A stretch of 64,000 nt of DNA. Source: Scyliorhinus canicula. Its lineage: Eukaryota. Shown here one piece after another: positions 1 through 12,167 of this stretch. Numbering within the stretch: the first letter of the stretch is position 1; each line of letters begins with the position of its first letter. The stretch lies in NCBI RefSeq assembly GCF_902713615.1, contig NC_052148.1:243733212-243797211 (forward strand), in the 5' to 3' direction. Below the pieces are notes generated by a model. The model made no database searches and was not told where the DNA came from. It worked only from the letters and a program-made list of their open reading frames with translations. The translations under genes were made by a program, and so were the position numbers.

Positions 1-2059
1 GAATGCTACCAGCACTGAAATTAGATTCCATAGTTTATCAGTAGGTGCAACAATATGCACTGTAAAAGCAGAGTCACTTCAAATAACAATGCATTCGGGC
101 AAGCCCAAAATGAAATATGATGGGGAAATGTTTCCGTCATTAAGATGGCTTGATTTTGTTGAAATAGAACTCTTTCAAGTATGAATAACTTTGATGAGCA
201 TTTGGCCCAGGACACATTTGCTTGTGAGAGTATGTGCACATGCACAGTGGGGGCAGAATTTCATGCCCTTCCCTGTGGCAATTTCAGTGGCGGGGGTACT
301 TAATTAAGCAGGAGGCCTGCAGGTGACATCCCCACCACCTTCCTGCCTTTGCCCGGATTAAATTTGTGACGGAAAGGCTTGTGGACAGCCTGCCTGTCCC
401 TCTGCCAGTTGAAGTCAGTCCTTAGGTGGACAATTGATGCCCACTTAAGACCCTCATCTCACCTTTCCTGGTATTCAGTCAGTGAAGGGTAGGGGACTTG
501 CCATGCAGGAAGTCTGAACAGCAAACCCTATTGGATTTGCATGCAGGCTTCCAGGGGAGGATCCATTGATCAAAGGCTCTCAGTGCTTGATTGAAATACC
601 CGGCATTGGGAAGATGGAGAGGTACCCACTGAGAGTCAACCCCTGCTCTCGGCACAGATCATCTATCCCTGTCTCCACGACCCAGACCCCACAATCGCAT
701 TCATGTCCATCACTCACCTGTGGACGAGAACCCTCGGCGATTCTGGGCCTTGGAAGGGTGCATTACTGACAGCAGCCACTGCCTCCCCAGTGGCGCTGCT
801 GAGCAATAAAGAGCTGCTCGGCTTTTACTGACCATCTGCTCTTTTGGAGAAACTTCAGCATCCGGGGTTCTTAATCCTGGGGAAGGCTCACCATCACTGA
901 GTCTCGTGGGACTTAGAATCATAGAATCCCTACAGTGCTGAAGGAGGCCATTCGGCCCATCAAGTCTGCACTAACCCTTCAAATGAGCACTCTACCTCTG
1001 CCCACTCCCCCCTATCCCCGTAACCTCACCTGCACCTCCATGGTAACTAAAGACTCCTGCTGGTTTCCCCAGCTGACAGGTGGCACCTCCGTCACCTACA
1101 TTGAATTCTACCCAATTTCGGCTATGGTAACATAGTAAAAGGTTCTCAAAGATTTTAGGTTGTAGGACCCATTTTCGAATGGATAATTAATCAGCACGTC
1201 CATCTAAGTTATGATACTTTATAATACTAATGATATGAAAGGGCTGCATGTAAAATATGTTTTAGTCATGCCTTTAACTAAATTTGCAGATATTAGGGAG
1301 ATGGATGTGCATTATATGTTTGTTGTTCTGCTCCTTCTTTACAGTAGAAACAAAGGATGAAAAGGCTGCCACACTGTAGATTACTTAACCAGAACGTCAG
1401 ACTTTATTGGAGAGGTGTTGTTTGCTCACAACCTAAGGTGGAAGGGAAGGAAATCTCCCAAATGCCTCTGATGATGTCAACACGTAATCATGTGGCACAC
1501 GACACAAAGATGCATTGGTTTACAATACATAACAGTATGTCTGCTTCCCACTGCAGAATCTGTCTATCTTTGGCAGGGGTATAAAGAGAACAGAAGGCCA
1601 GTGGGAGCAGAACATGGAGAAAGTGCGAAGAAGAGAGATAGCAGGAACAATGGGGAAGCACGACACATGTGAGAGCAGAAGCACGTCAGGAGCAGAGCAG
1701 AGAGAAAAGTGGAGCCCAGAAAGAGCAGGAGCCTGGGGAGAGAAGGGAAGGGGGTAGAAAAGGAACAGGGGGAGAGCAGTAGGAGAGTGGGACTATGGAG
1801 AGCACGCTAGAAGATCAGCAGCAGAGCATGCCTCTCATTTACTCTTTACCGCATGGTTCCCTAGTCAGTCATCCATGTCACCTACCCATGGACTGCCCCG
1901 TTTCCTGGACCCTCTGCAAGGGCACTGTGGACCTCAGGAGATGAGTTTGAGAGCCACTCCATCATGTTGCTGTTTAATAATTGGGTACAAATAATCGAGA
2001 ACATGTATTTTTTAATTCTCTGACTGATGATTAGGAATACACACCTCCTCCTAAGTTTA

Positions 2060-2520
2060 TCACCATCACAGATGCCAGTCTTCGGTTAATTAGTTCACAT
2101 GATATCAAAGATGGGCTGTAGGCACTGGATACAGCAAAAGCTGTGAGCCCTGATAACATCCTAACTATAGTACAAAAGTCTTGTGCTCTCAAATTAGCCA
2201 CACCCTAGTCAAGCTGTCTCAGTGTAGTGACAGTGCCGGCATTTTTCGACAATATGACAAATTAGCAGTGATTTGGATGTCCTCTCCACAAAATGCAGGA
2301 CAAATCCAATGTGGCCACCTACTGCCCCGATCAACAAAGTGATAGAAGGAGTCGTCAACAGTGCTAATCAGCAACTCATTCATTGATGCTCAGTGTAGAT
2401 TCTGCCGAATGCATTCAGTGCCAGACCTCATTATAACACTGATCCAAACATGGACAAAAAACTGAATTTCGGAAGTGAGATGTGACCGATTGCCTTTGAC
2501 ATCAAGGCAGCAGTTGACTG
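2060..2520 (+). mobile_element. Decayed CR1/L2-group RT fragment
   Basis: LDTAKA.SPDNI and AFDIKAA.D remnants. Related pieces at 4400-4930, 5290-5355, 10540-10715, 15480-17100 (-) and 21260-21650 (-). Confidence 0.65.
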
Positions 2521-2591
2521 ATCCATAGAATCCCTACAGTGTTGAAGGAGGCCATTTGACCCATCGAGATTGCACTGACCCTCCGAAAGAG

Positions 2592-2793
2592 ATGATGTGG
2601 AGATGCCGGCGTTGGACTGGGGTGAGCACAGTAAGAAGTCTTACAACACCAGGTTAAAGTCCAACAGGTTTGTTTCAAACACGAGCTTTCGGAGCACGGC
2701 TCCTTCTTCACCTGAAGAAGGAGCCGTGCTCCGAAAGCTCGTGTTTGAAACAAACCTGTTGGACTTTAACCTGGTGTTGTAAGACTTCTTACT
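2592..2793. mobile_element. Penelope-like terminal-repeat insertion forming a perfect palindrome
   Basis: Arms 2630-2710 and 2713-2793 are exact reverse complements (81 bp, CC loop). Flanked by CTCCGAAAGAG / CTCCGAACGAG (TSD-like) inside an HE1 SINE. Confidence 0.85.
2709..2743 (+). ncRNA. Minimal type-I hammerhead ribozyme motif
   Basis: CAC-CUGAAGA-A-GGAGC(CGU)GCUCC-GAAA-GC-UC^GUG: core boxes, stem II, palindromic AGCU helix III, and stem I CAC/GUG. Confidence 0.72.
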
Positions 2794-3512
2794 CCGAACG
2801 AGGACGCAACCTAGGTCAACCCTCCACCCCCCCCCCCCCCCCCCCCCTCCCCGTGCCCTATTCCCATAAACCTGCGCATTGATCATGGCCAATCACCTAA
2901 CCCACACATCTTTGGAATTATGGGAGGAAACAGGAGCACCCAGAGGAAACACACGCAGACATGAGGAGGATGTGCTAACGCCACATAGACTTCATCCAAG
3001 GAATGAATCAAACCCAGTTCTCGGACGCTATGAGGCAACAAGTGTTAATCACTGTGCCACCGTGTCGCTCACACATGTGTTTGTGTTAGGATCCCTCCCA
3101 ATGGTTGGAGAACTGATGGGAAACCTTCATTGCTTTTGTCTGAGGGGCGGGGGGGGGGGGGGGGGGGAGGGGGGCAGATCCAATTACTGGGTAATCAGCC
3201 ACTGACATACCTGGACAGGTTTGCAACTCCTGTTGGATTAAGCCAATCGGAATACAGAACCCGGGAGCTGCCAGTCAATCAGGGGTTGGCAGATCTTGTG
3301 TTCTGACAGTTCTACCAAGAGCATGGTCAATGTTGTTAACACAATTGGACCTTTACCAGGGATTGTTGCTGTATTCCTGGATAGAGGCAAGTGGGGCAGG
3401 ATGGGTTGCCAGTCAGAGGCTTGACGGGTCAGATGAAAGGGTGGCTTTCAGAAACTCCCCTTCCCAATGTCAGGTCCTTCAATTGGGTACTGAATGCCTG
3501 TGAACAAGGGAC

Positions 3513-3877
3513 TGTGGTGCTCTTTGTGTTGCTTAATTCAGGATGGTTGGCGTAGTGTTCTCAAAGACCATAAAATAGCTTGAACTTAAACAAAGCTATA
3601 AATTTATTAACACCATGAATGTACTCATAAAGAATACACCGTTGATTAATAACATTTAAGCTACACTCATCTACAACTAATCTCACTCCTGATATACACT
3701 ATGATCTTCTCTCACTTACACTATTTGTATTTTGACTCTCTCTAGCTAACACCTGCACACACTCTCCCACAAGGCTCAGCATCACTGCCTTATATAGTTG
3801 TAACTGTAGCTCCCTCTAGTGGCTACTATAGACACTTCATTAACCCTTGCAATTCTTACAGTCATGATAATACCACA
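3513..3877 (-). mobile_element. Solo LTR (Gypsy-like)
   Basis: Termini TGTGGT...ACCACA with perfect 5-bp TSD GGGAC (3508-3512 and 3878-3882). Shares TTTATT, CTTATATAG and CTAGTG motif order with the 6633/9839 LTRs. Confidence 0.85.
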
Positions 3878-4019
3878 GGGACCACCCCATGGTAGGCACT
3901 GGCAAACCCAACAGGGCTTTCTGTGCGGTTCTCTGGAGGCACAGTAGAACCTTGCAAGTCTTGTTTATTCCCTGAGCTAATGTGAGCGCATGGATAATTG
4001 AGTTTAAATGTCTCATTGA

Positions 4020-4150
4020 TAAGCTCTAATGAAGAGACATCCAGCCTTTAAACCTTAGCTCTGTTGTCGCTCCACAGAAGTTGTCAGACCTGCTGAAACT
4101 TTCCAGCATTTTCTGTTTTTGTTTCTGCAGTAATTTGCTTTTATATTAAT
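4020..4150 (+). mobile_element. Penelope-like terminal-repeat fragment
   Basis: CTCCACAGAAG..CAGACCTGCTGAAACTTTCCAGCATTTTCTGTTTT; similar fragments at 20605-20720 and 34200-34330. Confidence 0.55.
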
Positions 4151-4935
4151 GAGCCGAAGTGCCTTCCTACTGCCAGTGGTCTAATTTCCTGTGCCGCTTC
4201 ATTCCTACTGCTCACTTACTGCAGAGCAGTTTTCCCGCTGCTAGGAGCTGGATGTGTAGTCTTCTATGCAACTCTTTGTACTCGCCTTCCATCTTTCCCT
4301 CTCGAGCTAGCTCCATTAATTTCCACCTTGAGTCGTTTTTGCAAAATTGAATTGAATGGGAATCATGGGAAAGCTCTCCACTGACTGAAGACGTACTTAG
4401 CACAAAGGAAAATGGTTGCGGTGGTTGGAGGCCTATCTTCTCAGTCCAAAGTCATCACTGCAGGCTTTCCTCGGGGTAGTGTCACCCAAGAGTCAGGCAA
4501 GAACCATCTCCAACAAGAGAGAATCTAACCATTTCCCCTTGACAATCAATGATATTGCCATCGCTGAATCCTCCACTATCAACATTCTGAGGGGGTTACC
4601 ATTCACCAAAAAGTTAAATAGGCCAGCTCCATAAATACTGTGGCACGTTTGAAGTGAGTAACTAACGTCCTGACTTCCCAAAACCTTTCTGTCATCTACA
4701 GTTCAAGAGTGCGATTGAATACACAGCACTTGCCTGGATGAGCACAGTTCTACCAACACTGAAGAAACTCGGCATCATACAGGATGAAGCAGCCCACTTA
4801 ATCAGAACCCCATCCACCACCTTAAATATCACCCCCGAAATCATCAGTGCACAGTGACAGCAGTGTGTTCCACCTGTAAAATTCATTTCAGCAACTTGCC
4901 AAGACTGCTAGCAAACTCGCGACATCTACCATCTA

Positions 4936-5283
4936 AGGACAGCACGGTAGCACAGTGGTTAGCACAGTTGCTTCACAGCTCCAGGGTCCCAGGTTCGTTT
5001 CCCAGCTTGGGTTACTGTCTGTATACTGTCTGTGTGGAGTCTGCACATTCTCCCCATGTCTGCGTGAGTTTCCTCCGGGTGCTCCGGTTTCCTCCCAAAG
5101 TCCAAAGATGTGCAGGTTCGGTGGATTGGCCATGATAAATTGCCCTGAGTGTCCAAAACGTTTGGTGGGGTTACTGGGTTACAGGGATAGGGTGGAGGTG
5201 TGGGCTTGGTTCGGGTGCTCTTTCCAAGGGCCGGTGCAGACTCGATGGGCCGAATAGCCTCCTTCTGCACTGTAAATTCTATG
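4936..5283 (+). mobile_element. HE1-like tRNA/V-SINE, full length
   Basis: A box (GGTAGCACAGTGG), B box, body GTTTCCTCCGGGTGCTCCGGTTTCCTCCCA, CR1-like tail TTCTATG. Confidence 0.92.
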
Positions 5284-6632
5284 GCCGCAGACGCATGGAA
5301 AAATCACTGCCTGCAAATTCTCCTCCAAGTCACTCAGCATCCTGACTCTGAAATATGGATGGGATTCTCTAGGTCCGTCCGTCAGAGGAGTAATTCAGGA
5401 TTGGCTGCGGAATAGCATGTTAGGCTGAAATCGGGGTTAGCGGTGGGTGGCAGACCCGCCAAATGTCGCAGTGCCTGTCCCAAGGTCTCCTTCGAGCATC
5501 CCGTCTCGACCTGACAGGACCACACAAATAGCCCAGTAGAGCTATTTTACATCTCATTGATGGTCAGGATGCCTGACTCACTACCCAGCAGGGATGCTCC
5601 AGCCGCAACCCCCCCCCCCCCCTCCTTTCCAGCCGAGAGTCCCACTGGCATGAACTGGTGCAAGTATTGAGGAACATTGACCAGGCGGTTAGCAGTCTGA
5701 GGAGTGGCAAGATGGTAAGTACCCTCCCAGGGGGCCAAGGGGGGTCTTTCATGGGAGGTGGGGGTCAGTGGGGCTTGCGCTGGGCTGTAGGGGTTCAGGT
5801 TGTGGGTCCTTCCTGAGATAGGGCTTATTTGGCTGCTCTTGGCAGATGGAGGGGTAGCCCCTGCTCTTTTTAGGAAGCACTTGTGAACAAAGAAGTAGAC
5901 TCATAAAAAAACTGTGGTTAGGAAAACATCTGCTCCCCTGAGTTAATGGATCCCTGCAGACATATAAAAATAAACAATCTGAATCTTCCCTTCGATACTG
6001 CCTCGACCTGTCAATCAGAAACCTTTTAGCAAGCAATGGTGTGAAATTGAATTTAAACAATGCAGATCAAAGCTTTCAGTCTTCTAGGCAAACACACTTG
6101 TATACTTTAAAGGGCAATGAAACTGAATGTGTGAAAATCTATTCAAAGGGTTCCACGACTTTAAAAGGGATAACTACAACCTTCATTTCACAGACCTTTA
6201 AACTTGGCATATTGACAGATTTTTAAAAGGGTTTAAGGGGACAGATGAGAACACTTATACTTTGTTATGAAGTATGTGTATTTATGAACTACTAAGTGAC
6301 TGTTTGAAAGGTTTAAAGGCTGCAGATGAGGAAAGCAACCAAGCTTATCCCGGGAAGGATGCCTGACCTGAGCCGCTCTATCCCAGCACAAGCCTCCCTG
6401 ACCCTCACTTCCCATGAAGGAACCCCCTTGGCACCTGTTGGGAGGGTATTTGCCATCTTTCCATCCCTCGGATGGAAAGGTGACAGGTTGGCACAGCCAA
6501 GGGGTGGAGCTTGAAGGGGGCATACTGGCGAGGGGCTGAAGGGTGGACTGGGGGGTTGGGGGAGATTGGGGGTGTACTGGAGGGGGAATGAAGGGGGGGC
6601 TGAAGGGTTTTTTGAAGGGGGGCCCTTGCCAG

Positions 6633-7023
6633 TGTTATATTACAGGGGTGTAATATATATGCTATTCAGTTGTCTTGCCGAGTTATACTTAACATGATGA
6701 TAAACAGTCAAAGTCTTCCGTTGATGACAAATTATTTATGGAGTAACAAAATAATATACTTGTGAGTTCTTAACTTTAATATGTTGACTAGTAGTAGAAT
6801 CAACTGAGATTGAACTAAATTAACAATGAATATAATACGCTATACTCTGAGCTTGTCACACTTCTATCCTCTAGCTAGAACTCACACGAAGAGAAGAAGG
6901 AGAGCGGCAAAACTGCTTGAGCTTGCTTATATAGTCCCTGTTAGTGTTGCCACCTAGTGAATATCTGACTGTACTGACTGCACATTAACTAATCATGTAC
7001 TTATATATACAGACATCACTACA
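6633..7023 (-). repeat. Gypsy 3' LTR
   Basis: Direct repeat of 9839-10225; adjacent to the PPT. Confidence 0.93.
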
Positions 7024-7039
7024 TCCCCCTTTTTTGTGT

Positions 7040-7180
7040 TTGCCCTTAGTGTCCAAAAAGGTTAAGGAGGGGGGGGGGGGGTTACTGGGTCACAAGGATA
7101 GAGTTGAAGTGAGGGCTTAAAGTGGGTTGGTGCAGACCCAGTGGGCTGAATGGCCTCCTTCTATGTTCTATGCTCTATGT
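7040..7180 (+). mobile_element. HE1-like SINE 3' half at the Gypsy deletion junction
   Basis: TTGCCCTTAGTGTCC...GAATGGCCTCCTTCTATGTTCTATG. Confidence 0.85.
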
Positions 7181-8025
7181 TCCATTTCTGTTTTCTTTCT
7201 GATCAAATTTCGTAGAGCAACAGTTATTGTAGATACATTGGAAATGAATTTCACGAGGAAATTTACGAATCCACGAAATCTAAGTGCAGCTTTCTTGTCT
7301 TTTGGTTGTATTTTCTGTATAGCTGATATATTTTCATCATCCGCTCTGACACCTTTAGCTGAAATGGTATCACCTAAAAAATTCAAAGACGAGGTAGCAA
7401 AAGTACATTTCTGTTGGTTCAATTTTAGACTATATTGATTTATTCGGTGAAATACTTTTCTTAGCCTTGCAATATGTTCTTCCTCAGTAGTTGACCAAAT
7501 AATAATGTCATCCACATAGGCTCTGACACCTTCTATGTGTTCTGTCACTTGCTCCATGATTCGGTGAAAAGTCTCTGAGGCTGAGATGATTCCGAAAGGC
7601 ATTCTATTAAAACAGTACCGTCCAAATGGCGTGTTGAACATCCAGAGTAGCTTGCTGGAATCGTCGAGCTGCATCTGCCAAAAGCCTTGTGATGCATCTA
7701 ATTTTGTAAAAATGTGTGCGTTTGACATCTCAGAAGTAATTTCTTCTAATTTGGGAATGGGGTAGTGTTCCCTACAGATGTTCTTATTTAGATCTTTAGC
7801 ATCCATACAGATTCTGAGATCTCCTGAAGGTTCCTTGACGCAACCCAATGAACTGACCCAGTCAGTCGGTTGTGTGACTTTGGAGATTATGCCTTGAGAT
7901 TTTAATCTCTGCAATTCAGCTTTTAATCTCTCTTGCAGAGGTGCTGGAACACTTCTTGGCGGATATATGACAGGTTTTGCATCCTTCTTGAACAAAATTT
8001 TGTGTTGGTATGGCAAGGTGCCCAT
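7181..8025 (-). pseudogene. Gypsy reverse transcriptase
   Basis: LRICMD, KLDASQGFWQ, FNTPFGRY, MPFGI, YVDDIII, FLG. Truncated at the SINE fragment. Confidence 0.93.
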
Positions 8026-8028
8026 ACC

Positions 8029-8453
8029 TCAACTTAGTAGTTGTTGGATGTCTTTTTCCAGTCGTGATGTCTCATTTGTGTGCATGAAGATTTGTTGGAT
8101 TAACTGCAACTCCTTGTATGCCTGAGCACCTAATAAAGAAGCTTTGTGATCATCCACAATTTCAAAACAAAGTGTTTTCTGCACTTTCTTGTTGACAACT
8201 TTTAATTGCACGACCCTTGTGACACAATTTGATTACCATTATAATCTTTTAACTTGCATGCCGCAGTTACTATCTCGTAATCTCCTTGGATTGATGAGAA
8301 ACCTTTGCTAGTCATCAAGTTGGCTGAAGCACCAGGGGCAAGCTTGAATAATATAGGGCTGTTATTCACATGTCCTGTCATTATACATTCACTGTTATTG
8401 TCAATGAAGTTAATTCTCTGAGGAGCCTTTGATGTTGATTGTAGATCCTCCAC
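8029..8453 (-). pseudogene. Gypsy aspartic protease remnant, frameshifted
   Basis: FKLAPGASAN (degenerate D-T/S-G site) and SLLGAQA..ELQLI, split over two frames. Confidence 0.75.
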
Positions 8454-8598
8454 TGTATCACTGTATCAATGATACCAACATAAACATATTTTCCAGAGAA
8501 AATTAGCCATCATCTTCTGAGAAACTCTTTTTTGAATTATTGTTTTCCAAACTATCAATGGTACGAACATTGAAATGTTGTTTCTGTGTCGTATTGGG

Positions 8599-9465
8599 CT
8601 ATATTGCTGTTGATTTACACTGAGAAGCAAAATGGTTAAGTTTTGAGCACTGTAAACACCTTGATCCTTGAGCGGGGCATTTCCCCTTTAAGTGGGTGTT
8701 ACCACATCTGTAGTACGTCATGGCGTCATCTCTCTGACTCACTAGTGACGTTTTTGCATGCGCGGACTTCTTCTGTTGAGCCTCGCATTTCTGAACGAAC
8801 TGCACATGTCCTGAGCTGGAGTGTGCGCGTGGAAGATAGCTGTCCTCCCAACCGTGCTTCTTTGCTGCCTGCAACACCATTTTAACACTCTCAACCTCGT
8901 GGTGGACTTTCGTGCCCTTTTCCCGGTGATAAATTTCCAAATATTGATTTCTGCTTTCCTCATGCGAAATACGTGTTTCGATCACGATTTTGAGCGTTGG
9001 ATCATTCTGTCTTAGTAATGTTTCTCTTAGGCTTTCATCATTTAGTCCATAAACGATTTGATCTCTTATTAAAGAGTCATGAAAATGAACAAAATTACAT
9101 GTTTGTGCCAGCAGTTTTAAGTCGGTGACAAAGCTTGTGGTCTGTTCGCTGTTTTTCTGTAACCACTTATGAAACATGAAACACTCCAGTATTTCATTTG
9201 TCTGCATCTTGCAGTGGTCATCAAACTTCGCGATAATTGCTCCAAATTTGCTTTTGTCTTCGCCTTCAGCGTATATAAATGAATTATATATTTCTGTAGC
9301 TTGCTGACCTGCCATTGACAGTAGCAGTGCTATTCTTCCAGCTTCAGAGGCTGTATTTAAGTCATGAGCTTTCAAACAGAGTTGGAACTTCTGTTTAAAT
9401 AGTTTCCAATTTAAATTAAAATGATTGGTAGTTTTCAGCTGCCATCGAGCTTGAGCGAGGTCCAT
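8599..9465 (-). pseudogene. Gypsy gag (288-aa ORF)
   Basis: NWKLFKQKFQL, LIRDQIVYGL, and C-terminal zinc knuckles including CLQCSKLNHFASQC. Confidence 0.9.
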
Positions 9466-9540
9466 CGAATCGATTTGTTGTCGAGAATCTGTTTGCTGCG
9501 AAGACTTCCACAGTTGAACAGTGGTATTGGAACTTTTTCT

Positions 9541-9770
9541 TTTCTTTTTTCAAAATAAATTGAGAGTACCCAATTCAGTTTTTTCCAATTAAGGGGCAAT
9601 TTAGCGTGTTCAATCCACCTACCTTGCACATCTTTGGGTTGTGGGGGTGAAACCCACACAAACACGGGAAGAATATGCAAACTCCACACGGACAGTGACC
9701 CAGAGCTGGGATCGAACCTGGGACCTCGGCGCCGTGAGACTGCAGTGCTACCACTGCGCCACCGTACTGC
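9541..9770 (-). mobile_element. HE1-like SINE, short-tail variant
   Basis: Tail AATTGGAAAAAA.TGAATTGGGTACTC; same variant at 21728-21932 (+) and 51826-52039 (-). Confidence 0.88.
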
Positions 9771-9838
9771 TCTAACTTTTTATTTTCTTTCCTAATCTTT
9801 CTACGAGTTGTTCTTAAAGCTTATATACCCTGGTACCA

Positions 9839-10225
9839 TGTAATATTACAGGGGTGTAATATATATGCTACTCATTTGTCTTGCCGAGTTATACTTAACT
9901 TGCTGATGAACAGTTGAAGTCTTCCAGTTGGTGACAAATTATTTACTCAGTAACAAAATAATATATTTGTTACTTCTTTACTTTGACTCGTTGTAGAATT
10001 AACTACGATTGAATTAAAGTAGCAATGAATATAATACACTACATTCTGAGTTGGTCACACTTCTATCCTCTAGCTATAACACACACAAAGAGAAGAAGAA
10101 GGAGAGCGGGAAAACTGCGTGAGCTTGCTTATATAGTCCCTGTTAGTGTTGCCATCTAGTGATCATCTGACTGTATTGACTGCACATTAACTAATCATGT
10201 ATTTACATATATAAAGATCACTACA
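9839..10225 (-). repeat. Gypsy 5' LTR
   Basis: Direct repeat of 6633-7023; adjacent to the PBS. Confidence 0.93.
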
Positions 10226-10815
10226 GCCAACGATTAAGGTGGAGGGGAGAGGGGCTGCCTATAACACAGGCAGGGCTACAGCAGCTTTTTAAGATTGGAG
10301 TACCCTTTAAAAATGGAGTTCCAATTTCAGAGGTGTGGGACCTGTCAGAGAGGTTTTGTCCTCTGTGTGTGTGCTATGGAAATGGCATGGAAAAGCCGAT
10401 TCAGCTAAATATTTATTCAAAGTGCCATGGCATGGTAAGTCGGAGTCACTTTTAGTGCGACTGTGAATCAATCTGGTTTTCCCGCTGCCATTTAGTCTGC
10501 AAACGGGTGAATTGCGCCCTACATGTCAATCCTACACTGTCGCTGGTCAAAATTGAGGAACTCCCTTGTTATTAGCACTGTGTGTAACCTCACAGAACAA
10601 GAATCCAGCATTTCAAGAAGGCGATCCACCAGCAACTTCTGATGGGCAATTAGGGATTTGCAATAAAAGCTGGCCTAGTCATTGATGCCCATTTCCCAGG
10701 AATGAATAACAATTAAAAAAATTATATGGATATTTCTGAACAATATTTCGGGGGTCAGAGAGGATGGAAACGTACCTTTTGTCTGGCAGAGACGTGCTTT
10801 TGTGGGAGGAAGCTT

Positions 10816-11255
10816 GGTTATGACAGAACTTCACTCTGGGAACAAGACTTCAACTTCAGGTAGGGAACGTATGGGTAGTCCTTTCTTTTGCCATTGGGCC
10901 TCCCAGCCCTCCCAGGTACGGTTGTGTAATTAGGATAGTCTATGAGGATCTCTGCTAAACTATTCTCTTTTGACCCCTTTTCACCCTTTCTTGGGCCTAA
11001 GCAAAACTCATGCCAGTGGAGTGCTCGTGAGTCCTGCCAAATCCACAAGAGGCCTCAAACAAATACTAATAAAATGGAGTAATTTGTTCCATTTGGCGCC
11101 GATGACCAGAAGAAGCAATGTTTGTAGGGCATTTCTGGGACTCTACTCCACCCTTAAGATCGGTATAGTTCTATTCTGACATTCCCACCAGTAGTTCAGG
11201 TCATGTGTTATCGGCGTACCATTAGAGGTGTAATACACCAGACCTGACCATAACA
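10816..11255 (-). mobile_element. Probable LTR preceded by PPT and decayed internal sequence (to about 11470)
   Basis: Minus strand GGTGGTGGGGTAAA|TGTTATGG ... CATAACCA. Confidence 0.45.
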
Positions 11256-11831
11256 TTTACCCCACCACCGGATTTGGAACATGCTCTCTGCATAGAACGT
11301 GGTCTCTGTATATCTCGGGTGGGGTTTTCACTCCATTGCACCTGCATCAGCACAGTGGTCCTTCCTATTGACTTTCCATCACATTCCTGGCTGACCCCTT
11401 GCATTCTATGCTCAGTAAACTTGAGGCCAATCTGCTGCCTGAACACAATTGGGTCCTGGTCAAGCAGCATCTTGATTTTGAAGTTAGAATTAGAGAATCA
11501 TAGATCATTTATGGCACAGAAAGAGGCCACTTGGCCCATCATGTCTGCGCCAGCTGAAAGACGACCTACCCAGCCTAATACTGTTTTCTAGCTTTTGGTC
11601 TGTAACCCTGTTAAGTTAAGGGTTTCTGCCTCTCCTACCTTTTCAGGGATTGAATCACAGACCTCCCACAACCCTCTGGGTGAAAATAAAAACATTCCCC
11701 ATGTCCTCTCTAATCCTTCTCCCAATTACTTTAAATCCATGTTTCCTAGTCACTGACCTCTCTGCTAAAGTAAATAGGCCCCTCACGTTCACTCTATCCA
11801 GGCCCCTTATAATGTTTTACATGTCAATCAT

Positions 11832-12167
11832 GGGGAGGCAGTGGCCCAGTGGTATTGTCGCTGGATTAGTAATTCAGGGATCCAGAGTCATGCTCTGGGG
11901 ACCCCGGTTTGAATCCCGCCATGTCAAATTTGAATTCAATACAAATCTGCAATTAAAAGTCTATAGGTGATCATAAAACCATTGTCGTAATAACCCATCT
12001 GGTTCACTAATGTCCTTTAGGGAAGGAAATCTGCCATCCTTACTTGGTCTGGCCTACATGTGACTCCAGACCAACAGCAATGTGGGTGATTCTTAAATGG
12101 CCTCAGGGATGGGCGATAAATGCTGGCCCAGCCAGCGACGCCCACATCCCATGAACGAATAAACAAA
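11832..12167 (+). mobile_element. tRNA-headed short element made of the 5' and 3' ends of the CR1/L2-group LINE
   Basis: A/B-box-like TGGCCCAGTGG and GGTTTGAATCCC. Body matches 27300-27545; tail matches 10645-10715. Inserted into a CR1 fragment (11491-12400, -). Confidence 0.72.

Larger units (their letters stand above)
2524..3065 (-). mobile_element. HE1-like SINE split by the palindromic insert
   Basis: CATAGAATCCCTACAGTG tail and head at about 3060. A 3' fragment of the same family lies at 916-1040. Confidence 0.85.
6633..10225 (-). mobile_element. Ty3/Gypsy LTR retrotransposon, defective (RNase H and integrase deleted)
   Basis: Two homologous TG...CA LTRs. Flanks GCCAG/GCCAA form a 5-bp TSD with 1 mismatch. 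PBS TGGTACCAGGG next to the 5' LTR (9828-9838) and polypurine tract at 7024-7036. Order gag-PR-RT. Confidence 0.95.

Noticed and set aside
1345-1436. Possible host exon after a strong polypyrimidine-CAG acceptor
   Set aside because: Stops occur in all three frames. It could be non-coding, but the sequence alone does not support it.
4936-5010. tRNA genes
   Set aside because: The A/B boxes belong to SINE heads followed by SINE bodies; no standalone cloverleaf was seen.
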